Assembly: GCA_036339735.1 (NCBI GenBank)
Contig: JAYZAL010000004.1
Coordinates: 1 to 41,451, forward strand
Direction: 5' to 3'
Source: Candidatus Poribacteria bacterium
Lineage (GTDB): Bacteria; Poribacteria; WGA-4E; UBA9662
Length of the DNA: 41,451 nucleotides
This document shows, piece after piece, positions 18,876 to 28,122 of the stretch. Under the pieces are notes generated by a model. The model was not told where the DNA came from, did not search any database, and worked only from the letters and a program-made list of their open reading frames with translations. Numbering within the stretch: the first letter of the stretch is position 1; every line of letters begins with the position of its first letter. Both the position numbers and the translations under genes were made by a program.

Positions 18876-20950
18876 CGATTTTTGAGATTTTGGAGCCATT
18901 CAAGAACTTGTTGGTGACTAGTATGGTGTTCTTGGTCTGATGATCTTACCTTATTTTTTCTATGATTTTCAGTAGATGTCCTGCTAGCCGTGATGGGTTC
19001 TAGAAAAGGTTTATCTTCAATTATCTTACGTGAAAATTGGGTTTGGTTGTCACCTTCTATTAGCCTAAGCTCTTTTTCCACCATTTGTGACTGAATTGGT
19101 CCCTTCAGTTGGATAAAACTAATCGCTCTTTGCCAAGCGGCGATAGCTTTTTGTTTTTGTTTTGTGCTTTGGTAGATCAATCCTAGATAGGTGCAGGCAG
19201 CTGAAAAACGGGGAGAGTTCGGCCGGTTCCGTAGAAAGTCTTGAAAGGAAGTGAGTGCAGAATCCCAATCTTTTTTCTGGTAGTGAATGACAGCAATTCG
19301 AAACTCAGCCTGATCTGCGAAGCTGTCCTGGAATCCGTCTCCCAAATATAATTCTTGCTCAATGTGTTTAGTTGTCAACTGATAAGCGGGTAATGCTAAA
19401 TCAAACTGTTGTAAGTGCCGATAGATTTCGCCTAACTGAAAACTTGCTTGCATTGCCTGAACTGAGGAAGAATATTGGTGGGTTAGAGTGCTGTAAAGTT
19501 GGATGGCTTGACTAATATTTTTATACTCAAATAGATAAATGAGGCCCATTCGGTAGAGAGCTTCTGCAACCCAATCCGATTCAGGGTAGGTCTTGACTAA
19601 TTGTCCATAGACATCTAGTGCTGGTTCTAGGTTTTTTAGTTCATGTTCGTAAATCGCCCCTATTTGTAGCAATGTTTGGGGACACTTAGCGGTTTTTTGC
19701 AGTTGTTGGATAGCCGCTTGTTTAGCAATTTTTGGCAGTTGTTTTTTAACTTTTTCAGCATACTGAGTAGTTGGGAAGTCAGCGATTATTTGATAACCAA
19801 TATTCAGAGCAGCTGAAAAATTTTGCGCAGAAATAACAGATTCAAAATAGTGCAATTCTTTAGCTGGTAAGTTAACTTCTAGTTGGGTAATTTTCTGGTT
19901 AAGTTGAGCACTAATGGCCTGTTTATCTAATTGGTGTTTGGCAAGCTCACCCAAATTAGCTGGTTCCAAGTCTGGTAAATATAGGTTGATAAAGGTCTTA
20001 TAAGCCTTAATGGCAGAACGGTAATCTGCAGTTTCAGCCTTACCAGAACTTTCACAAGCAACCCCTAACCAGTAAAAAACCGCGTACATTTTCCAAAATG
20101 ATGGATAATGGTTAATCACTCGCTTCAGATGTGTACGCGCAAGCCTAAATCGATTTGCTTGACAGTAAATTAGTGCAGTTTGGTAAATTGAATCAGCGGC
20201 AAAAGAGCAGCTAGGATATTGATTTACGACTTGCTCGTAAGCTGTAATTGCGAGATCGTTCTTATGCAAAACCTGGTTGTAGAGATTGCCAATTCGCCAA
20301 AGTGATTCTGGTGCAAACTGACTTTCTGGAAATTCTAAAAGAACTTGTTGATAGTAGTCGATCGCTTTTTGTGGTTGATTAAGAGATTGTCGAAACAAGT
20401 CAGCTATTCGAAATTTAGTTCCTGCATTGTTGATTCTAGGTACAAATGATTGTTTTAGGAGATCATGATACTTCTGCTTTTTTATCAAGGCATCTTGAAT
20501 TCTACGAATCCTAAGCCGTGCTGTTTGATGTGCGAAGTGGTCTGGTGGTACAAATTCTAACAATGATCGGAAGGACTGAATTGCTTCATCATGGCGACCT
20601 AGCCTGCAAAAAACGTCTCCACGCTTGATCTTTGCCAAGAATCGATCATCGGCAAAACCTGAGCCTGATAAGGAAATGATCTCTTCGAACGCAACTAAAG
20701 CTTGTGAATACTGATGTGTATACTGGTAATAGAGTTCACCTAATCGATGGTTAATGTCGTTGATCTCTTCCGGAAGTTCGGCACGATTTTTTAGTGTAAG
20801 TAAAAGTCGCTCTGCGCTATCATAACGACCAGACTGAATAAGCGAGTTCAGATTTTCAATCTGGGCTGTCGCTGATAGCTGAAAAGGTATAAGATAGTAA
20901 ATGAGAACTACTGAAGGCCAGACAATCAGTAGTTTTTTCAAACTAAACAA
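18872..20950 (-). CDS. Exported tetratricopeptide-repeat protein (BamD/CpoB-like repeats)
   Basis: Repeated A..Y......FP.S..A..A helical units (FPESQFAPESLWRIG, YPSCSFAADSIY, YPESDWVAEALYRMG); hydrophobic N-terminus; start uncertain. Confidence 0.85.
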   Translation of the reverse strand: MFSLKKLLIVWPSVVLIYYLIPFQLSATAQIENLNSLIQSGRYDSAERLLLTLKNRAELPEEINDINHRLGELYYQYTHQYSQALVAFEEIISLSGSGFADDRFLAKIKRGDVFCRLGRHDEAIQSFRSLLEFVPPDHFAHQTARLRIRRIQDALIKKQKYHDLLKQSFVPRINNAGTKFRIADLFRQSLNQPQKAIDYYQQVLLEFPESQFAPESLWRIGNLYNQVLHKNDLAITAYEQVVNQYPSCSFAADSIYQTALIYCQANRFRLARTHLKRVINHYPSFWKMYAVFYWLGVACESSGKAETADYRSAIKAYKTFINLYLPDLEPANLGELAKHQLDKQAISAQLNQKITQLEVNLPAKELHYFESVISAQNFSAALNIGYQIIADFPTTQYAEKVKKQLPKIAKQAAIQQLQKTAKCPQTLLQIGAIYEHELKNLEPALDVYGQLVKTYPESDWVAEALYRMGLIYLFEYKNISQAIQLYSTLTHQYSSSVQAMQASFQLGEIYRHLQQFDLALPAYQLTTKHIEQELYLGDGFQDSFADQAEFRIAVIHYQKKDWDSALTSFQDFLRNRPNSPRFSAACTYLGLIYQSTKQKQKAIAAWQRAISFIQLKGPIQSQMVEKELRLIEGDNQTQFSRKIIEDKPFLEPITASRTSTENHRKNKVRSSDQEHHTSHQQVLEWLQNLKNR

Positions 20951-20987
20951 GGATGAAATAAAAGTAGTAGTGAATTAGTGCGTGAAG

Positions 20988-21617
20988 TTACCAGCGTTGC
21001 CTTTGAGCGATCTGGATCTGTTGTCCTGCATAAGATTCCAATTCCGTTCCTTGCGCCTGTTCTTTTACTAAACGAAGAATACTTTGACTCGTTCGACTAT
21101 CATTCTTCAGATATTGCATAGCATTGGCTTCCTCTATATGCTGGCGCAACTGCTCCTGACGAAAAGTTTCTAACCTAGGTTTAGAAATTGATTCCGATGA
21201 ACTTAGGTCGTTTTCCAGTACTAAGTATTTCCAACCAGCAGTAAACAGGACTACTGTAAGTACTGTCAGCCACAACAAACGGTAAATATTTAGGTTAATC
21301 CAAGAAAAGTGAACGATTTCTTTTAGTCGAATTAGTAGGTCAAGATGTTCATATTTTCGGAACCGTCCCTTGACTGTATCGGACTCATCGGCCGAGGTAT
21401 CTCCCTGAATCGCTAACCGTTTGTAAACTTCGATTTCGATTTGGTCCAAGTCGACTGTGTGTAACAGATTTGTTTCAGTTAACTTAGCCACTTGACCGAA
21501 ACTATCCAAGTATTCTTTACAGTCCAAGCATTCTGTAGCATGGACAAGTAATTCCCGGTCCAAATCGGCATTTTTGTTCGAATAAGAGTCGAGTATTAAT
21601 TCTCTTTTCGGGCACAT
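20988..21617 (-). CDS. Zinc-finger (ZAS/zf-HC2) membrane anti-sigma factor
   Basis: HATECLDC (HxxxCxxC), one TM helix, 10 bp downstream of an ECF sigma gene. Confidence 0.75.
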   Translation of the reverse strand: MCPKRELILDSYSNKNADLDRELLVHATECLDCKEYLDSFGQVAKLTETNLLHTVDLDQIEIEVYKRLAIQGDTSADESDTVKGRFRKYEHLDLLIRLKEIVHFSWINLNIYRLLWLTVLTVVLFTAGWKYLVLENDLSSSESISKPRLETFRQEQLRQHIEEANAMQYLKNDSRTSQSILRLVKEQAQGTELESYAGQQIQIAQRQRW

Positions 21618-21627
21618 ATTAGCAAAC

Positions 21628-22206
21628 CTAAATTTCTCCTTTATCCCACATTGGTTGAAGGATATTTTTTAGTTTCTTGATAGCTCGATGCAGGTGGATT
21701 TTGACCGTCCCTTCAGCCATACCTAGAATTTCTGCAATTTCTCTAATTTGTAGACAATCATACCGACTCATTATAAATACGCTTCGCTGATTGGGAGAGA
21801 GTTGCTCCATTGCATCTCCAATTATTCGATGTCGGTCTTTTTCTAAAACTCCATTTTCTGGATTGCTACGGCGGTCCATTGAGGCTGGTTCATCGATGGC
21901 AGAATTTTCGTCATCCAGATAGGCTGTAGTCCGACGTGATTTAGCACGATAGTGATCTATTGATAGATTGTGGGCAATTCTATAAATCCAGGTGGTAAAT
22001 TTGGCCCTTGGCTCCCAAGTCCCAAGTGCTCGGTAAATCTTGATAAAAACTTCGATTGTTAGTTCTTCAGCATCTTCGTAGTTTTTCACAGAACGCAACA
22101 AATAAGCATAAATTTTTTGCTTATAGCGACCCATTAGAACATCGAACGCGTCTTTCCTTCCACCCTGAAAGTGAGCCACTAGCATTTCGTCGGAGAGTTT
22201 ATCCAT
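21628..22206 (-). CDS. ECF (sigma70 group 4) sigma factor
   Basis: SDEMLV, DAEELTIEVF, FTTWIYRIAHNLSIDHYR, EIAEILGMAEGTVKIHLHRA; GAGGAAGGG upstream. Confidence 0.95.
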   Translation of the reverse strand: MDKLSDEMLVAHFQGGRKDAFDVLMGRYKQKIYAYLLRSVKNYEDAEELTIEVFIKIYRALGTWEPRAKFTTWIYRIAHNLSIDHYRAKSRRTTAYLDDENSAIDEPASMDRRSNPENGVLEKDRHRIIGDAMEQLSPNQRSVFIMSRYDCLQIREIAEILGMAEGTVKIHLHRAIKKLKNILQPMWDKGEI

Positions 22207-22333
22207 AATTCCCTTCCTCAGAAATCATAATTCTAGCTAATATTCTTCTGTAAACCGATTTAATTATGGATGTATTTGTCATTTGCAAGTAAAGTTAGAA
22301 TTCAACATATAAGCAAATCAGTGTTGCTATTTA

Positions 22334-22598
22334 TTAGTCTAAAGACAGCACACAATTTCATATTACTATATACTCCGACGACGGCACATAGCTAGTCTCT
22401 CGAATAAATGCTGTTCGATTTGAGGCTTAAGTTAGAGCGGTACAAGCACTGCTAAATTCAGGTTCTTTAACAACAAACCGTTCCAGCACATCAGATATTC
22501 TAGATTCTAAAGAGGCTAACGATATCAACTGTGACCGATCGACTTGCTTGATAGTGTAATATAAACAGTTAGGCATACAACGCTTGTCTTTAGACTAA
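22334..22598. repeat. 265-bp segment bounded by a perfect 14-bp inverted repeat (MITE-like element or paired operators)
   Basis: TTAGTCTAAAGACA (22334-22347) and TGTCTTTAGACTAA (22585-22598) are exact reverse complements. Confidence 0.55.
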
Positions 22599-22620
22599 CG
22601 TTTACAAAATTTAGATCTTG

Positions 22621-22661
22621 TAAACGTATTTAGTGTTCACTCATTCAACTAAATACGTTTA
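22621..22661 (-). terminator. 14-bp hairpin right after the ClpX-like stop codon
   Basis: TAAACGTATTTAGT (22621-22634) and ACTAAATACGTTTA (22648-22661) pair perfectly; 13-nt loop; no clean U tract. Confidence 0.55.
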
Positions 22662-22664
22662 AGT

Positions 22665-24254
22665 TCAAACCGGATCTGCATCCTTGGATTTTGCCAAATA
22701 TGATTCACGAATCCATTTCTCTAAAACTGTATCCGGATCCTCGACAACTTGCCTGGTCAAGACAAACCGGCTTGTGCCTGTATTCTGCTTGATTAAGCTC
22801 AGACCATGTTCATAACTTTCAAGAACTTGAGCGCAAATTTCTTCTACTGTCTGTTTCCCAGTCATTTGGCATATGATAGACGTAGCTTCATCATCAAATG
22901 AAATCTGCATGTTATGTTTTTGTTTAAAAGCGATTTCGTATCGGCGAACCTTCTCTACAGCTACTAATCGGCTATTATAACCTGGGTCAGATAAGATCTT
23001 GGCAAGCTCAGTCTGTGGCTGATGAACAACATCAACCGTAACTACGAACTCATCAATGTTAGTCGAAGGTAATTCGAACTTATAGTCACGTAGTATTTTC
23101 TCACAAACGGTCATGAGCGCTCTTGCACCAGTTTTTTGTTTGTAGGCTTGAGCCGAAATAGCGTGTAGCGCCTCATTAGCGAACATAACATTGATACCGT
23201 AAGCTTGAAAAGCCCGTTCGTATTGGCGGATGATTGAGCCTTCTGAATTGCATAAAATTTTGTATAAGTCTCTGGCTTCTAACTCCTCGCAAACTACCTG
23301 GATTGGCAATCGGCCAATAAATTCTGGTTCAAAGCCAAAATCGATAAAATCTTGAGAAGTCACATAATGCATATACTGAGCATCAGCGTCATCAATCTGA
23401 ATCTCTGCGCCAAATCCAATATTTTTTTGATTCATACGTTTTTTGACGATATCTTGTAATCCATTAAAAGCGCCACTAATAATAAACAAAATATGTCGAG
23501 TGTTAACCATTTGCTGATCGACTTTACCTTTGGATTGAAATTCCATCATTGTTTCTAGTTGGGCACTGACACTTCCGCTGGCTCTCAGATCAACTTCAGT
23601 TTCCTCCATCAATTTTAGCAACCCAAACTGAACACCTCGCCCGCTAACATCTCGTCCAACGATATTGGGAGGGGTTGCTAGTTTGTCGGCTTCATCCAAG
23701 TAGACTATTCCATATTGAGCTAACTCAATATCACCTTCAGCCTGAGAGACAAGATCTCGAATCAAATCATCCACATTGGCTCCGACATAACCGGTCTCGC
23801 TAAAACGTGTAGCGTCAGCTTTAACAAAGGGAACACCAATCAATTTAGCAATGTGCTTAATCATGTAAGTCTTGCCGACACCTGTGGGCCCCAGAACAAT
23901 CATATTCTGCTTGGAATAGTCGAACTCTGACATTTTGGGATCATCAAGGCAGGCCTTGACGTGATTATAGTGATCGCAAACACCGATAGATAATGCCTTT
24001 TTGCCTTCATCTTGCTTGATGACGAACCGATCGAGGTATTGCTTCACTTCTCTGGGTTTATAATCAAATTTTAGGTCAGCTGCCGTTCGTTTTTTATTTT
24101 TCGGTGGTGTTATTGATGAGGTTTCTGATTCTACACTGGGGGAAGAAACAGAAAATTTTACACTGTCGCCGTACTTCTGTTTGAGGAAAGACTCAAATTC
24201 TTGCTGAATTTCTTTAGGTGTGGGTAACTTCTTTTTTTTATCATTATCGGACAT
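22665..24254 (-). CDS. ClpX-like AAA+ unfoldase lacking the N-terminal zinc finger
   Basis: GPTGVGKT, DATRFSETGYVG, YLDEADK, RDVSGRGVQ, NIGFG (IGF loop), PEFIGRLP, TGARAL; no CxxC pairs at the N-terminus. Confidence 0.88.
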   Translation of the reverse strand: MSDNDKKKKLPTPKEIQQEFESFLKQKYGDSVKFSVSSPSVESETSSITPPKNKKRTAADLKFDYKPREVKQYLDRFVIKQDEGKKALSIGVCDHYNHVKACLDDPKMSEFDYSKQNMIVLGPTGVGKTYMIKHIAKLIGVPFVKADATRFSETGYVGANVDDLIRDLVSQAEGDIELAQYGIVYLDEADKLATPPNIVGRDVSGRGVQFGLLKLMEETEVDLRASGSVSAQLETMMEFQSKGKVDQQMVNTRHILFIISGAFNGLQDIVKKRMNQKNIGFGAEIQIDDADAQYMHYVTSQDFIDFGFEPEFIGRLPIQVVCEELEARDLYKILCNSEGSIIRQYERAFQAYGINVMFANEALHAISAQAYKQKTGARALMTVCEKILRDYKFELPSTNIDEFVVTVDVVHQPQTELAKILSDPGYNSRLVAVEKVRRYEIAFKQKHNMQISFDDEATSIICQMTGKQTVEEICAQVLESYEHGLSLIKQNTGTSRFVLTRQVVEDPDTVLEKWIRESYLAKSKDADPV

Positions 24255-24262
24255 AATTTTGA

Positions 24263-25321
24263 CTATTCTAACTCGGATTGAACCACAATTTTGATTGTAG
24301 TTTCCGACTTTATTTGGTAATTACCGTTCAAAGCTTCGAACCCTTCCCTTATCCGAGATAACGGAAGAACGTGACTAACCATTTCAGCGAATGGAAATTC
24401 GTTTTTTTCCAAAATAGGTAACCCACGAACGAAGTGCTCGTAAGTACTCCCCCATACGGCTTCCAAACGCAAATTTTTACGCATCAGAAGTTGGTTTATG
24501 TTGAAATCTATTGAGCCCATATCAACAAAATGTCCAACCTCGACAAAAGTGCCTCCATAGCGTACATAGCTTAATCCTTCAGGTGTAGCAGGCAAAAAAC
24601 CAGCACATTCGAATACCACGTCGGCACCTTCCCCGTTATTAGTGTGTGATTTTAACAATTCGGCACGATCATGTACCGATGGAAAATCGTCAATATCGAT
24701 AGTAACATCTGCTCCCATATTATGAGCCAAATCTAATCTTACTTTAGGACCACCAACCACAATTATCTTGCTAGCACCACTAATTTTGGCGCAGATGAGC
24801 GTCACCAACCCGATCGCACCTGAACCTTGGATTACGACTGTATCTCCAATCTTGATACCACCTCTCATCGCCGCGTGAACACCAATAGTGAAAGGTTCAG
24901 TTAAGACAGCTACCTCAGGTGGAGCTTTTGTCTTTAAAAAGCATGTTTTCGGGAGATTTAGATATATGTAGTCAGCAAATCCCCCACTAAAATAGGGTGG
25001 GATATCCGGTTTAGTTCGAAATCCATACGCACCGTGGTCGGGAACACCAGGTGCGAAAACAATACGGTCCCCTATTTCGATTTTATTTCCCAAATAATCT
25101 GTTTCCACGCCGGACCCAATGGCTTCAATAATTCCCACATTTTCGTGGCCTAGCAGAATCTCTTCTCCGAAACCATTTTGCCAGTTATGTAGATCAGTCC
25201 CACATATACCTGCCATTTCTTGCTTTAATAGGACCGTATTGGGCTCCGGATCGGGAACTGGGTAGTGGCGAATTTCGAACTCTCGTCCACTTGCAACGAC
25301 TGCTCTTCCCATTCTTGCCAT
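24263..25321 (-). CDS. Zinc-binding medium-chain dehydrogenase without the structural zinc lobe
   Basis: GICGTDLH, LGHE, EP, GSGAIG, GADVVFECAG; no CxxCxxC cluster. Confidence 0.9.
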   Translation of the reverse strand: MARMGRAVVASGREFEIRHYPVPDPEPNTVLLKQEMAGICGTDLHNWQNGFGEEILLGHENVGIIEAIGSGVETDYLGNKIEIGDRIVFAPGVPDHGAYGFRTKPDIPPYFSGGFADYIYLNLPKTCFLKTKAPPEVAVLTEPFTIGVHAAMRGGIKIGDTVVIQGSGAIGLVTLICAKISGASKIIVVGGPKVRLDLAHNMGADVTIDIDDFPSVHDRAELLKSHTNNGEGADVVFECAGFLPATPEGLSYVRYGGTFVEVGHFVDMGSIDFNINQLLMRKNLRLEAVWGSTYEHFVRGLPILEKNEFPFAEMVSHVLPLSRIREGFEALNGNYQIKSETTIKIVVQSELE

Positions 25322-25829
25322 TTTTCACCTCTTCATTCCACCTTTCAGCGTATCAACATCGATATCCACCCGTCACCATTTTATGATATTTCACATAGAA
25401 AATCCAGTTTTTGAACCAATCGATTTGATAAACGTGCTATGATGTGCAGGCTTAGCCGAATTAATTGATTATGAGGGATGTTAGTTTTACCAAGTTCAAC
25501 CAAGGCTATTTTTCTTATTCTATTTAGCTTTCGTTGTTTGACTTTTCTGTATTAAAATCCAATGCTAGGAATATATGTGTTTTTCGCACACTAAGCACAT
25601 GCTAGTATGTATTGTTGATAAGTCTGAACGAAACGAATAGCAACCGAAGTTTAACGATTTACGCCTTGAATAGTGTTGTCTTTTGCTTTTTATGTCAAAT
25701 TGATTGGAATAATGGTAAATTCAACTAGAAAGTTCTGTTTGAACACAGATAGCCACTAAGTCCGTGAATTATGAATGTGTTTTTTGTGTATCTTAGTACT
25801 GAGAAAGTCTATAATCGAAAAAATTAACA

Positions 25830-27125
25830 GTGATTTCAATTTTTAGCTCTCATTATTCAGATCAGAAATCAAAAAGGCTACAGGAGATCGCAGCGAGTCT
25901 TTATCAGACTTATAACCAAGTAGAACTACTAGCACTTAGGATTGAGTCAGTAGATCCTCAAATTCTGTCTCAGTTGTCGGGGCGAGGGTTTGTCAATCGA
26001 GATATACTAGAGACGATTCTAGGTAATTTGCTCGAACTAGTAGCACCAGGGTCGCATAACGCTGTAGCTTTAACGAAATTAAAATCTACCTTTAGGCAAT
26101 CCCTAGAGGAGATGGTTGATCAGCTTTATGCTATGGTCGTACAGTCTTTTTTAGCCGTTGGTGATGCTGATGTTGCAGAAGAGATGTCGGTTGCTACAAC
26201 TTTTGACTTTTTTCGGCGACTGCCAAAATTGAAGGAAAGGGCTTTCTGGAATCGTTTTGCTTCTTTGAAGGATCCGGCAGTTTGGGATGCTTATCTAAAC
26301 CGAAAATATAAAAAAAACTTGGATCCTCATGACTGTGAATTCGGAAAGTCAGATTCTTTAGCAGAAGTTAACATTAGAAAACGTATAGATCAATCCATCC
26401 TGGAAAGAAATCCACACTCTTACAACCGATTCTTAGCCGAATCAAATTTCCAGCAGGCTTTCGACTATCAGATGCAACTGGTAATGAGTAGTTATCCCGG
26501 TTGGAGAGTTCAGTTTTATCATGATGTCGCCCACTCACTGGCTACGTCGAGTGTTGGATCTGTACCACTTTTACCTCGAGTAATTTCTGAGTTAGGTGGT
26601 CGATATTACCAAGCCGATCTTCACCCTGAAACACAAATTGGTGATGCTAATTTCTTCGATCATACACACCGAGGTATCACTACAGGTCAAACCGGTGTCA
26701 TTGGCTCTGGCTGTGTGATTTATCCGTGTACACTAGGTGGGTTATCGGTGAAAAATCAAGCTCGGCACCCGACAATTGGTGATTTTGTTCAGATTAGCAC
26801 TGACGTTGGTATTTTTGGTCGGGTGGATATCGGAAATTATTCAGTAATTGGTGCAAACACTGAGATATATGGTCTAATTCAGGTCGGTCGTGAGGTAAGA
26901 ATTGGTTCTTCAGTTGTGATTGGTACTGTAAAGCCCGGCGCAACAGCCAACCGTTCAGAAGTTCAACCTGGATCGATTCGCATTGGCGATCAAGTTCGGA
27001 TCGGTGATGGGGCCGTAATTGAAAACAGTGTATCCTCTGATTTGATTATTCCCCATAACTCGACTATTCCAACTCGTAGTTACGTAATAAATGACGGGGA
27101 AGGGACTCCGAAATTTGTCAGCTAA
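25830..27125 (+). CDS. Serine O-acetyltransferase (CysE)-like left-handed beta-helix acyltransferase with a long N-terminal extension
   Basis: ADLHPETQIG..FFDH..G..TGQT.VIG..C.IY..TLGG..RHPTIGD, followed by more hexapeptide repeats. Confidence 0.7.
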   Translation: MISIFSSHYSDQKSKRLQEIAASLYQTYNQVELLALRIESVDPQILSQLSGRGFVNRDILETILGNLLELVAPGSHNAVALTKLKSTFRQSLEEMVDQLYAMVVQSFLAVGDADVAEEMSVATTFDFFRRLPKLKERAFWNRFASLKDPAVWDAYLNRKYKKNLDPHDCEFGKSDSLAEVNIRKRIDQSILERNPHSYNRFLAESNFQQAFDYQMQLVMSSYPGWRVQFYHDVAHSLATSSVGSVPLLPRVISELGGRYYQADLHPETQIGDANFFDHTHRGITTGQTGVIGSGCVIYPCTLGGLSVKNQARHPTIGDFVQISTDVGIFGRVDIGNYSVIGANTEIYGLIQVGREVRIGSSVVIGTVKPGATANRSEVQPGSIRIGDQVRIGDGAVIENSVSSDLIIPHNSTIPTRSYVINDGEGTPKFVS

Positions 27126-27187
27126 CTCTAGAATTACTTCATACAATATAACCTTAGACATACAAACTAATGCATGAGGCAAGACAA

Positions 27188-28111
27188 ATGGACAACATAT
27201 GGTTATTTTCGAACCAAGGAATTTTAGACACGAAGGGTAATCAAGTCGACAATGTACCATTTCAAGAGCCTGTTATTGCCAGCGCTGTCAATAATGATCA
27301 AATAGCTATCGTTGTCGATTGGCATCAAGTTTGGGTTTATCAGGATAAACGCTGGGAGCAAATTGCTAAGACAGATTGGAAAGTTCAATGTATCTGTTGG
27401 ATGGAAAATGGTGAATTACTTGTTGGGACTAATGAAGCTAGAGTTGCAACACTTAAAAACAACCAACTTAATTTTTTGGCTGGCTTTGACCACGTTCCTG
27501 ACCGAAAGTTGTGGACAACGCCCTGGGGAGGACCACCTGATATACGCTCTTTTGCGACAGCTGCAGATGGAACACTCTATGCCAATATTCACGTCGGCTG
27601 GATTGCACAATCGAAGGATAATGGTCAATCGTGGAATAATCTCAAGGAGGGATTAGAAATGGATGTGCATCAGGTCGTCGTCAATCCCAAAGATCCTTCG
27701 ATTGTCATTGCAGCCACGGCAAGCGGGTTTTATTACAGTCATAACGCAGGGAAAACCTTTGCTTGTACAAGTCAAGACTTACCTCACCATTACCAACGTG
27801 CTTGTGCCGTGTTTCCTTCTGGAAAAGTTTTCTTGACCTCGATTTCTCGCGGTCCGAGTGGTGGCTCTGCTAACTTATATCGTAGTTCAGACAACGGACA
27901 AAATTGGCAACAAGTTAAAGGGTTACCCAGTCAGATTGTGCGTAACATAAATACCTTCCAAATTGTTGTAACTGGTAGAGAATCAGCTCTGGTAATTATT
28001 GAAGATAATCAACTTTATGAAACTACAGATTTAGGGGTTAATTGGCGCAAAGTCGAAACTCAATTTCCGCATTTGTATGGAGCAGTCGTTGTGCAACAAT
28101 CACTCAATTAG
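27188..28111 (+). CDS. BNR/Asp-box beta-propeller protein
   Basis: Asp-boxes SKDNGQSW, SHNAGKTF, SSDNGQNW, TTDLGVNW; WTTPWGGPPDIRS, DVHQV. GAGG precedes ATG 27188; alternative start at 27170. Confidence 0.8.
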   Translation: MDNIWLFSNQGILDTKGNQVDNVPFQEPVIASAVNNDQIAIVVDWHQVWVYQDKRWEQIAKTDWKVQCICWMENGELLVGTNEARVATLKNNQLNFLAGFDHVPDRKLWTTPWGGPPDIRSFATAADGTLYANIHVGWIAQSKDNGQSWNNLKEGLEMDVHQVVVNPKDPSIVIAATASGFYYSHNAGKTFACTSQDLPHHYQRACAVFPSGKVFLTSISRGPSGGSANLYRSSDNGQNWQQVKGLPSQIVRNINTFQIVVTGRESALVIIEDNQLYETTDLGVNWRKVETQFPHLYGAVVVQQSLN

Positions 28112-28122
28112 TAGGATAAAAT

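Noticed and set aside
25575-25640. Short ORF MCFSHTKHMLVCIVDKSERNE as a Cys-sensing leader of the CysE-like gene
   Set aside because: Only two separated Cys codons, about 190 bp from the gene, and no attenuator structure seen.
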